Source: Octopus sinensis (lineage: Eukaryota). From it: a DNA stretch of 14,156 bases. The stretch covers positions 1 to 14,156 of the forward strand of contig NW_021826003.1 of the NCBI RefSeq assembly GCF_006345805.1, in the 5' to 3' direction. Position numbers and translations under genes: made by a program. Below, one piece after another: positions 1 through 11,443 of the stretch. How positions within the stretch are numbered: position 1 is the stretch's first letter; the number at the start of each line of letters is the position of its first letter. The notes beneath the pieces were generated by a model, which ran no database searches, was not told the origin of the DNA, and was given only the letters and a program-made list of their open reading frames with translations.

Positions 1-52
1 CATTATCATCATCATCACCATCATCGTCATCGGCATCAACATCATCATCATT

Positions 53-89
<37 letters not shown>

Positions 90-312
90 CCATCATCACC
101 GTCATCATCATCATAATTGTCATTATCATCATCATCATCATCACCATCATCATCATCAACGTCGTTGTCTTCGTTGTCATCGTCATCATCATCATCGTTA
201 TCATCATGACTGCCACCACAGACCCACCACCATCAGCCACTTCATCATCTTCCTCCTCCTACCCCTCCTCCTCCACATCATCATCATCGAAGTCGTCGTA
301 GTCGTCGTCGTC
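1..312. repeat. Degenerate (CAT)n/(CGT)n/(CCT)n trinucleotide microsatellite
   Basis: Runs of catcatcat with cac/cgt/tat variants, grading into cct and gtc triplets. Confidence 0.9.
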
Positions 313-459
313 ATCAATCTCCTAGCAATTTGATTTTTTTTTTTACCAAAAACAGACATTTCGTTTAATCATTGTTTTGTCGGGGTCGCCCCCATTCCCC
401 CGCCATTTCAATTTTTCCCCTTTCTCAGCAATTACCAAAGACAGACACATCATCCTCGC

Positions 460-1400
<941 letters not shown>

Positions 1401-1820
1401 ATATGCGTGTCTGTATATGCGTATAGGTATAGCTGCCATTATCTGAAGACAGTAAAATTGCCAACAAAACTATATTTCTCATTTATATAACAGATTCGAT
1501 ATAGAGGCGAAAGAAAATAAAAAAACACAAATGTCATCTCTAAATGATAACATATCGTTATTAGATGACATATGATAAAAAATATCTAAAAAAATACACT
1601 TTCGCATAATGATGTTGCTTACGGAGTTGTTATTCGTGTTGTTACTGTCATTGTTATTGCGTTTTGTTGTTGTGACGCTGTGATTGTTATGCTTGTTGTA
1701 ATGCTTATTGTTTCAAGATATTTGTTATTTTTGTCGATGTAGAAGAACATGAACGGCGATTGTAAATAACGGTTTTAACATTTATATTTCATTTATGTAT
1801 TTACTTACTCGGTACTGTTT

Positions 1821-2027
1821 GCTTGTTTTAGTCATTAGACTGCGACCAAACTGGAGCAACGTCTTCAAGGGGTTTTACATGAATAAACTGGACCGCCGCA
1901 GCAATTATTATTATTATTATTTTGTTTTCCAAAGCATGGTGCTTATTCCATCGGTCCCTTTTTGTCAGAGCGCTAGGTTACACGGACGTAAATAAAAGAA
2001 ACATCAATTGTAAAGTGGCGAACTTTA

Positions 2028-2030
<3 letters not shown>
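1821..2030 (-). mobile_element. Degraded 3' half of SINE family A
   Basis: gcttgttttagtcattagactgcgaccaaactggagcaacgtctt...gtacacggacgtaaa-like sequence is a diverged version of 2668-2830 (acttgtttcagtcatttgactgcggccatgctggagcaccgcc). It has an internal (ATT)n expansion and no head. Confidence 0.7.
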
Positions 2031-2059
<29 letters not shown>

Positions 2060-2087
2060 AATCCACATACACACACAGACACACATA

Positions 2088-2255
2088 TGCAGCAGTGGCT
2101 GAGTGGTAGGAAGCAAGCTTCCCAACCACATGGTTCCAGGTTCAGTCCCACTGCCTGGCACCTTGAGCAAGTGTCTTTTACTGAAACCTCGAGCCGTTCA
2201 AAACCTTTTGAGTGGATTTGGTTCACGGAATCTGAAAAAGCCTATCGTATATATA

Positions 2256-2296
<41 letters not shown>

Positions 2297-2506
2297 GTGT
2301 GTGTTTGTCTGTGTGTGTGTGTTTGTCTCTGTGTGTGTTTGTTGGTGTCGTTACGTCACCGTAACCAAGCGGTTCGGCAAAAGAGGCCGATAGAACAAGT
2401 ACCGGGTTTACATAGAATAAGTCCAGAAGTCGCATTGCTTCGACTAAAAGGCGATGCTCCAGCATAGCCGCAGTCAAAGAGCTGAAACAAGTAAAAGAAT
2501 AAAAGA
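2088..2506 (+). mobile_element. tRNA-derived SINE family A, full length (head, CORE-like segment, (GT)n linker, 3' tail)
   Basis: A box tggctgagtgg 2096-2106 and B box ggttcagtccc 2139-2149. ggcaccttgagcaagtgtc 2157-2175 resembles the MIR/CORE-SINE gaccttgggcaag motif. Ends in gtaaaagaataaaaga. Homologous inverted copy at 2637-3062. Confidence 0.85.
2096..2149 (+). promoter_or_regulatory. RNA polymerase III type-2 internal promoter (A and B boxes) of the SINE
   Basis: TGGCTGAGTGG fits the A-box consensus TRGCNNARYGG. GGTTCAGTCCC approximates the B-box consensus GGTTCRANNCC at tRNA-like spacing. Confidence 0.7.
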
Positions 2507-2636
2507 AAAAACGAGTCCATAGAAACACGTACATGAAATCGAATACGTGTCATTGTTTTTTTCGTAGCATTCGATTTTATATATGCCATCCGCAATATTA
2601 TAGCTTTTCCTATTGTTTCACCATGTCATTACATGT
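2342..2636 (+). repeat. ~295-bp direct repeat, copy 1 (SINE 3' half plus ~130 nt of non-SINE flank)
   Basis: Colinear with 3199-3494, including the flank aaaaacgagtccatagaaacacgtacatgaaatcgaatacgtg...cattacatgt. Confidence 0.95.
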
Positions 2637-3062
2637 CTCTCTTTTATTCTCTTTTACTCTCTTTTACTTGTTTCAGTCATTTGACTGCGGCCATGCTGGA
2701 GCACCGCCTTTAGTCGAGCAAATCGACCCTGGGACTTATTCTTTGTAAGCCCAGTACTTATTCTATCGGTTTCTTTTTGCCGAACCGCTAAGTGACGGGG
2801 ATCTAAACACACCAGCATTGGTTGTCAAGCAATGCTAGGGGGACAGACACAGACACACAAACACACACACACACACATATATATATACACACATATATAC
2901 GACAGGCTTCTTTCAGTTTCCGTCTACCAAATCCACTCACAAGGCATTGGTCGGCCCGGGACTATAGCAGAAGACACTTGCCCAAGATGCCACGCAGTGG
3001 GACGAACCCTGGACCCTTGTGTTGGTAAACAAGCTACTTACCACACAGCCACTCCTACGCCT
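2637..3062 (-). mobile_element. tRNA-derived SINE family A, full length, minus strand
   Basis: On the minus strand: A box at 3041-3051 (ccacacagcca on +), B box at 2999-3009 (gggacgaaccc on +), CORE-like gacacttgcccaagatgcc, (CA)n linker, and a tail of ~10-nt ctcttttact repeats at 2637-2670. Confidence 0.9.
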
Positions 3063-3178
3063 ATGTATGTATGTATGTATGTATGTATGTATGTATGTAT
3101 GTATGTATGTATGTATGTATGAGTATGTATGTATGTATGTATGCATGTATGTAGTTATGTAGTATGTATGTATGTATG
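3062..3178. repeat. (ATGT)n tetranucleotide microsatellite
   Basis: Nearly pure atgt repeats directly abutting the SINE head. Confidence 0.95.
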
Positions 3179-3198
3179 CGTGTGTGAGTGTGTGCTTC

Positions 3199-3494
3199 TT
3201 GGTGTGTTTACGTCCCCGTAATCAAGCGATTCAGCAAAAGATGCCGATAGAACATGTACCGGGTTTACAAAGAATAAATCCTGAAGTCGCATTGCTTCGA
3301 CTAAAAGGCGGCGCTCCAGCATGGCCGCAGTCAAAGGGCTGAAACAAAGTAAACGAATAAAAGAAAAAACGAGTCCATAGAAACACGTACATGAAATCGA
3401 ATACGTGACATTGTTTTTTCGTAGCATTCGATTTTATATATGCCATCCGAAATATTATAGCTTTTCCTATTGTTTCCATCATATCATTACATGT
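3199..3494 (+). repeat. ~295-bp direct repeat, copy 2 (headless SINE A 3' half plus flank)
   Basis: Matches 2342-2636, then continues into unique sequence (gcatcg...) where copy 1 is interrupted by the minus-strand SINE. Confidence 0.95.
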
Positions 3495-3900
3495 GCATCG
3501 TTTTTATGGTGAGCGTTCTAAGGTTATTGAAAGTCTGGCATTTATAATGTTCTTTTGCGTGATTTTAGTTTTTTCTAACATTTAGTTCGCTTATATCAAA
3601 CTGTTTCTCAGTTCTTGTTGAAACTTTATACAATTTTTAAATTAATTGAATATATTAATTTCCATTTCCAGAGAAATCGATTTGCTTGACATTTGAAACT
3701 ATTATTCAATTTCGAAAAAATAATTAACAAAATATAAAATATACAAATTTAACTTAAACGATAGTTCAAAGTGTGGTCTACCGCAAATATAGAAAAAGAG
3801 AAAATGGAAGAAACATAATGAAAAGATGAAAAACCCAAAACGGAAGTGATTAAGTGGTCTTTTGCAAACGTCGAATACGAAAATAAAATTATGTCTAAAT

Positions 3901-4030
3901 AGACGCAGGCATAGCTGTGTAAGTAGGCGCAACCGCGGCCCTGTGGTGAGAAATTGCTTCCAAACCAACTTAATCCGAGTTCAATACGACACTGTGGGAG
4001 TATCTTTTAATGTAGTCCCGTGCCGACCAA
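3901..4030 (+). mobile_element. Highly degraded SINE family A head
   Basis: aggcgcaaccgcggccctgtggtgagaaattgcttccaaaccaac...gagttcaatac...gtatcttttaatgtagtcccgtgccgaccaaa aligns loosely to the heads at 2088 and 3062. The start appears locally duplicated. Confidence 0.6.
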
Positions 4031-4084
4031 ATAATAATAATAATTATTATTATTATATTAATTATTATTATTATTTATATTTTT

Positions 4085-4132
<48 letters not shown>

Positions 4133-4135
4133 TCA

Positions 4136-4166
<31 letters not shown>

Positions 4167-4300
4167 AGTAGTAGTAATAAAATAATAATAATAATAATAA
4201 TAATAATGATAATAATAATAATAATAATAATGATAATAATAATAATAATAACAATAATAATAATAATAATAATGATAATAATAATGATAATAATAATAAT
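4029..4300. repeat. Compound (AAT)n-(ATT)n-(CAT)n-(ATT)n-(AAT)n microsatellite
   Basis: Direct reading of the sequence. Confidence 0.95.
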
Positions 4301-4849
4301 TGATGAAGTACCAGGCAGTGGCTCTCATGGCTTCTGATCTTAACTGATTGGAAGTGTTATCATGTACATTGTTTTGTCTTGGTATAAAAGATGGGCTACC
4401 AGCAAATATTCTGCTCAATACCACAGATTTGCTTGTCAGTTGTTGACCTTAACCAGTTGAGCATGTCCCTTAGTGGCTGACGATATGTGCATCTCTGATC
4501 ACGAGCAGAAGTAGTGGGGGAGCATCATAGCCATGTGTTGAGAGGGATTCTTTGGGGTTTGAATAGTTCACCTCTGGAAACATGGGTGGTTCTTTCAACA
4601 TCCTTAAACAACCCTTATTCAGGGACCGTTTGAGCGGGATGGGCTACTCAACCTGAAGAAAATTCTAAGGGGCCCCACCTGCAAGGTCATGTGCTGTTTA
4701 TCTTGATATGAGATCACCATGTCGCGCACATATGGTTGTGATGCATGTGCCTGGTGTACCTTTATCAGACGGGTAGTCATGATGGGTATATTGGGCTTCG
4801 TATATTTTACCCCAGTGTCACTTTGATGGCATGAACTGCTCTCTCACTC
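4301..4849. mobile_element. 549-nt non-coding, higher-GC element embedded in an (AAT)n tract; probable non-autonomous interspersed repeat
   Basis: Sharp boundaries with (AAT)n on both sides (aat|tgatgaagtacc ... ctctcactc|aataat). No substantial ORF, no terminal inverted repeats, no tRNA A/B boxes seen. Repeat status is inferred, since only one copy is in the window. Confidence 0.55.
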
Positions 4850-4987
<138 letters not shown>

Positions 4988-7658
4988 CAGCAAACAATCA
5001 ACGCTACTGAGCAACAAAAAGAGAACAAAAATGCTCCGCAAATATAACATCACAGAAAAAGATTTGCCGGAGATAAAAGAAAAGCTGAAGCAAGATATCC
5101 TTGCCAAAGCTCAAAGGATCCGCCGGTACGAGAAACGCCAACGCTTCTTTGAACAGAACAAAAAGTTCAACTCCGACCCCAAAAGTTCTACCAAGATCTG
5201 GGAAAAAATAAAATAGAAGTCACTGCAGCCACCAACGGCAGAAGAATTGGAAGAATTCTGGAGAGAAATATGGTCGGCGAACGAACAGCCAAAAAAAAAG
5301 GAGTATCAAAATAACAAACTCGGCATCTGAACAACTTTGGACCCCCATAACAACTGAAGAGGTCACCCAGGCACTGCAAAAACTAAGCAACTGGAAGGCA
5401 CCTGGGCATGACAAGATCCCCAACTTCTGGTTGAAATATCTAACAGGAATGCACAAAAAGCTGGCTGAAAACTTTAACAGCATACTAGCAGAGCCAGAGA
5501 CAATGCCTGAATGGCTCACGAAGGGGAAAACCATCTTATTCCAAATCAAATGAAACAGCAAAACCAGAAAACTACAGACCAATAACCTGCCTCCCTACTA
5601 TGTCAAGGCATTTACTGCAGTGATATCGCAAAGGCTGAACAAGCACCTGGACGAAAACAAACTGTTCCCAGAAGAGCAGAAAGGATGCCGCAAAGGCTCA
5701 TATGGCTGTAAAGATCAACTAATGATTAATAAAGCCATAACTGAAGACAGCACGACACAGAAGAAAGAAAGGCCTCAGTATGGCCTGGATTGACTACAAA
5801 AAGGCGTTTGATAGCATCCCCCACACATGGATCCTTGAAACACTAGCCATTAACAAAGTAAAGTAGCACGAACAATCATAAAATTCATAGAGCACTCTAT
5901 GAATAAATGGCAAACAGTCCTACATCTCCAAACAAAAGAGGGACTCATGAAAACCAAAGACATCCCCATCAGAAGAGGAATTTCCAGGGAGACACGCTCT
6001 CTCCACTCCTTTTCTGCTTGGCACTGTCACCTCTATCTGATATGCTAAATAGAACTGGATGCGGATATAAATGTTACGGCAAAACGATCAACCACCTTTT
6101 ATATATGGATGACTAAAACTATACGCTGCAAATGACAAAGAGCTGGAAACACTATTAAAGACAGTTCATGGATTACCAAAGAAATAGATATGAAATTTGG
6201 ATTAGAAAAATGCGCCAAAGTAACCATGAAAAGAGGAAAACTAGTTAAAAGTAACAACATCACACTAGATAAAACCAATGAAATAAAAGAATTAGACCAA
6301 AGCCAAACTTACAAATACTTAGGAATCCATGAACTAGATAAGACACAACACACACAAATGAAAGAGAAAATAAAAAAAGAATATACTAGACGAGTTAGAT
6401 CAATACTAAAAACAGAGCTCAATGCTAAAAACAAGATAATAGGTATCAACACTTTAGCTGTCCCAGTTATAAGTTACAGCTAATATCCTTAACTGGACAC
6501 GAAATGAACTGTCCAAAATAGATAGGAAAACAAGAAAATACTGACAGGATCTAGGATGCATCACCCAAAATCTGACATAGAAAGACCATATATACAACGT
6601 ATAGAAGTGGTAGAGGCCTTATACAGCTGGAAAACTACTATAAAATAACCACCATAGGACTGCAAAAATACCTACTTCAGAAGGAAGGAAAACTGATCCA
6701 AGATAGCAGCAAAACACGAGCAAAACAGAAACTGTTCTCAGTATTTAAGGAAGCTGACAAATACAAACAAGAAATCATACCACCTAATAAACATGAAGAA
6801 GAAGAAGATGATGAAGAAACAACAAAAGCTATAAAACAAATGAAATCCAAACTAAAAATAGAACAGCAACGAACCATGATAAAACGATGGCAAGAAAAGC
6901 CCTTCATGGTAAATACTGCACTAAACTAAACGCAAAAGAAAGAAATAGACAAAGAAAGATCCCAGCAATGGTTGAGAAGCTCAGGACTCAAAGCAGAAAC
7001 AGAGGGATTTTTAATTGCAGCACAAGACCAAAGCCTCCCCACCAGAAATTACCAAAAACATGTAATGAAAAGAAATATTACAAGTAACTGCAGAATATGT
7101 GGAGATGGACAAGAAGAAACAATAAATCATATTATCTCTAGCTGCCCAGTCCTGGCTAAGAAGGAATATATTCACAGACATGACAGAGTTGGAACCTACA
7201 TACACTGGAAGCTATGCCAACATTATGGAATAACAACAGAAAAAAGATGGTATAGGCACACACCAGAAAAGGTCACAGAAAACGAGAAAGCAACCATACT
7301 CTGGGATATGCCGATACACAGATAGAGAAATTAAGGCCAACAGAGCAGATATAGTTGTCAGAGATCATGAAGAAAAAAAAATGCTTTCTAATTGATGTAT
7401 CAATACCGGCAGATGACAACGTGTCTCTAAAAGAAATGGAGAAACTCTCAAAATACAAAGACCTGGAAATAGAGGTAACTAGAATGTGGAATCTGAAAAC
7501 AGAAACAATTCCTATCATAGTAGGTGCATTAGGCATGATAAAAAAATATTCAGACAAATACATAACAAAAACACCAGGACTTACAAACACATATCATACA
7601 GAAAATTGCACTACTAGGCACTGCACACATCCTACGCAGAGCACTTTCCATACAATAA
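4988..7658 (+). pseudogene. Frameshifted retrotransposon ORF: reverse transcriptase, zinc knuckle and restriction-like endonuclease
   Basis: Reconstructed across frames: AQRIRRYEKRQRF..KFYQDL, NWKAPGHDKIPNFWLK, NYRPITCL, EEQKGCR, WIDYKKAFDSIPH, GIFQGDTLSPLLF (QGD 5985-5993), YMDD 6102-6113, KFGLEKC, YKYLGI, CRIC-x9-H-x4-C 7089-7145, RADIVV..LIDVSIP..KLSKY, GTAHILRR, stop at 7656-7658. Confidence 0.92.
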
Positions 7659-7755
7659 CCATCAGAGCATCACAACAAATCACAGCACATACCCAAGGCA
7701 CACAGAGCTGCGCTCGGTAGTGAAGTGAAAGCACGCTATAAAAATAAAACTACTG
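4988..7755 (+). mobile_element. 5'-truncated R4/Dong-clade non-LTR retrotransposon (RLE-type LINE), family A, inserted in (AAT)n
   Basis: RT, CCHC and restriction-like endonuclease lie in one frameshifted ORF, with a 97-nt 3' UTR ending ctactg|aataat. (AAT)n on both sides matches the known TAA-repeat targeting of Dong-type R4 elements. Confidence 0.92.
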
Positions 7756-7791
7756 AATAATAATAATAATAATAACACTTAATAATAATAA

Positions 7792-7914
7792 TACGCAGAA
7801 CACTTTCCATACAATAACCATCAGAGCATCACAACAAATCACAGCACATACCCAAGGCACACAGAGCTGCGCTCGGTAGTGAAGTGAAAGCACGCTATAA
7901 AAATAAAACTACTG
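7792..7914 (+). mobile_element. Second copy of the 3'-terminal 123 nt of LINE family A, with its own (AAT)n tail (7915-7937)
   Basis: Identical to 7633-7755 except g7641 vs a7800. Confidence 0.95.
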
Positions 7915-7937
7915 AATAATAATAATAATAATAATAA

Positions 7938-8275
7938 AAATGTGGCATCTCAAGGCGACTACAGTACCAGTGATTGTAGGATCTCTAGGAACTATAAAAA
8001 AAGGTACTGAAACCTATTTGAAAATGATTCCAGGCTTACCATCCCTACAAGAAGTGCAAAAAATCGTATTAATTGGAACGGCTCATGTACTGAGAAGAGC
8101 ATTATCGCTGTGAAAACAACATCCATTCATGAATTTATTTATTTTTTAATTTTTAAATACATATTTTATCTGTGAATTTGCGTGTGTAATCTGGGAATGC
8201 ATACAATGAGCTTCTCTGCCCTAGGTGTACGGAGAACACTCGGCGAAAACGGAAGAAAATTTGAAGAAAGAAGGA
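7938..8275 (+). mobile_element. 3' end of a different R4/Dong family (family B), 5'-truncated
   Basis: 7940-8113 reads MWHLKATTVPVIVGSLGTIKKGTETYLKMIPGLPSLQEVQKIVLIGTAHVLRRALSL*. This is homologous to, but diverged from, the family A C-terminus (MWNLKTETIPIIVGALGMIKK...GTAHILRR). It has a different 162-nt 3' UTR and an (AAT)n tail, and is not in the ORF track. Confidence 0.88.
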
Positions 8276-8298
8276 AAATAATAATAATAATAATAATG

Positions 8299-8365
<67 letters not shown>
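8276..8365. repeat. (AAT)n microsatellite / tail of the family B element
   Basis: Direct reading of the sequence. Confidence 0.97.
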
Positions 8366-8366
<1 letters not shown>

Positions 8367-8993
8367 TCGATAGTATTCCGCACACGTGGATCCTCGAAAC
8401 ACTAGCCATGAACAAGGTAGCATCAATAAGTATAAAATACATAAGACACTCTATGAATAAATGGCAGACAGTGCTACAGCTCCAAACAAAAAAGGGGACT
8501 CGTGAAAACCAAAGCCATCCCCATTAGAAGAGGAATATTCCAGGGAGACACGCTCTGCCCACTCCTTTTCTACTTGGCACTGACACATTTTCTGTTTGGC
8601 ACTGACACAAGAAATATAATCACAGGATTTAGGATACACCACCCAAAATCTGACATAGAAAGACTATATATACAACTTATAGAAGTTGGTAGAGGCCTTA
8701 TACAGTTGGAAAGCTATTATAAAATAACCACCATAGAACTGCAAAAATTCCTATTTCAGAAGCAAGGAAAACTAATACAAATAGCCACAAAACACGAGTA
8801 AAACAAAAAACAGTTTGCAGTATTTAAGGAAGTTGATAAATACAAATAAGAAGTCATAGTACCAAACAAATATGAAGAAGAAGAAACAACAAAAGCTATA
8901 AAACAAATGAAATCCAAACTAAAACTAGAACAGCAACGGACCATTATAGAACGATGGCAAGAAAAGCCCCTTCATGGCAAATACTAGGCTAAA
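8366..8993 (+). pseudogene. Older, internally deleted and 3'-truncated fragment of a family A-like R4/Dong RT
   Basis: Starts FDSIPHTWILETLA, includes GIFQGDTL, then jumps to the equivalent of ~6531 (RNIITGFRIHHPKSDIERLY) and ends near QEKPLHGKY. Nonsense substitutions at 8799, 8847 and 8985. Confidence 0.9.
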
Positions 8994-9357
8994 TTCTAGA
9001 GTCGAAATTCCGCAGTGTTTCACTAGGTGTGTTAGAAACGGCAACTAAATCGTTCTCAAAACACATACTATAGTCTAAAAAATAATAAAGGATATATTTA
9101 ATGATGATGTGTATTAAACCATATTTTATTTCCGAGATATTTAACTCTTTAACAAGGTGACTTTTCTAGCTGCGTTGTAAAAACAATGTTTTTGTAGCTT
9201 TCTCATTTTACGACGTCTGAAAGAAATAAAAAATGGCGACTTGATTAAATAAACAAGCGTTCATTTATTATTGAATAAAACAAGTCCACAGAAATTTGAA
9301 AGCATTGCTGTTTATCACTGTATCTTAGTAATTGCACAACAATATCTTTGTTGCATT

Positions 9358-9474
9358 TGTTGTTGTTATTCTTCTTCTTCTTCTTCTTCTTCTTCTTCTT
9401 CTTTTCTTCTTCTTCTTCTTCTTCTTCTTCTTCATCATCATCACATCATCTTCATCATCATCATCTTATTATTA

Positions 9475-9529
<55 letters not shown>

Positions 9530-9558
9530 CATCATCATCATCATCATCTATGTTACTA

Positions 9559-9612
<54 letters not shown>

Positions 9613-9654
9613 TATTATCATCATTGTTATTATTATATTATTATTATTATTATT
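9358..9654. repeat. Compound (CTT)n-(CAT)n-(TAT)n microsatellite
   Basis: Direct reading of the sequence. Confidence 0.95.
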
Positions 9655-9783
9655 TATTATTATTTTATGTTTGTCTTTTGCTTTACATTTCTACAAGTTC
9701 GCTCCAAGTTTTACCCAGAGACCTCAAGAGACAACATGTTAGAAGTTCATATTGGCGTTATGCCTAGGGTGCCGTATAATTAG
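9655..9783 (-). repeat. Left arm of a 129-bp inverted repeat; probable 3' UTR of a third TAA-tailed LINE family (C)
   Basis: Reverse complement matches 10951-11079 at 127 of 129 positions. Preceded by (TAT)n, which is an (AAT)n tail on the minus strand. Confidence 0.9.
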
Positions 9784-10916
<1,133 letters not shown>

Positions 10917-11079
10917 CACGATGTACAAAACCAAATAACTATGTAGAAAACTAAATATACGGCACCCTAGGCATAACGCCAATATGAACTTCTAACATGT
11001 TGTCTCTTGAGGTCTCTGGGTGAAACTTGGAGCGAACTTGTAGAAATGTAAAGCAAAAGACAAACATAAAATAATAATA
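10917..11079 (+). repeat. Right arm of the inverted repeat (10951-11079) plus a 34-nt 5' extension; probable 5'-truncated LINE 3' UTR (family C)
   Basis: Lies in (AAT)n, ends gacaaacataa|aataataat, and carries the AGG-N13-CTYGG motif shared with the family A and B 3' UTRs. No coding homology remains to confirm the family. Confidence 0.7.
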
Positions 11080-11443
11080 TTATTATTATTTCTTTAAAAT
11101 ATTGTATGTTTTATTTCAAAAATATATTTTAGTAATAAAATCTAATAACGTTTGGGAATCTAATGGCGCACGTTTGAACAAATCAGGTATGGAATATTTG
11201 GGAAAAGCAAAAGCGAGAAACGCAGTGATAAAACAACATATATTCTAATCAATAGACTTCTATTTACATATTTAATACGTCAATATTTTATGTGTAAAGA
11301 CATCGAGCGATAATGTTGATCAATATATTTCATATGCAATGCTATCTCTCTACATAAAAATATACTGCTTCCCCAAGAGATTTCACAAAAGCTAAATAAA
11401 AGTCTCGTGGTTAATAAACAGAATTTATTAGAAGAAATATTGA

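Noticed and set aside
1531-1571. Imperfect hairpin atgtcatct...ataac-atatc-gttat-tagatgacat, considered as a pre-miRNA or MITE relic
   Set aside because: Short, bulged stem in AT-rich DNA that is plausible by chance, with no other support.
2088-2160. Possible tRNA genes at the SINE heads (also 2990-3062, 11444-11520, 12020-12110, 13630-13716)
   Set aside because: A and B boxes are present, but I could not build a cloverleaf with an acceptor stem, and each head continues into SINE body sequence.
1795-3482. Cluster of 60-180 aa ORFs on both strands
   Set aside because: All overlap SINE copies and microsatellite linkers, with no recognisable domain.
4301-4849. Hammerhead or HDV-like ribozyme in the orphan element, and a hammerhead in the 184-nt SINE unit
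   Set aside because: No CUGANGA...GAAA core with flanking stems was seen on either strand, and no nested double pseudoknot could be assembled by eye. A descriptor search is needed.
5188-8944. Minus-strand ORFs over the LINE region (e.g. 5220-5582, 6677-6907, 7273-7590, 8756-8944)
   Set aside because: They are antisense shadows of the retrotransposon ORF.
8996-9100. Possible additional SINE fragment after the RT remnant
   Set aside because: Only a vague resemblance, with no clearly alignable second copy in the window.
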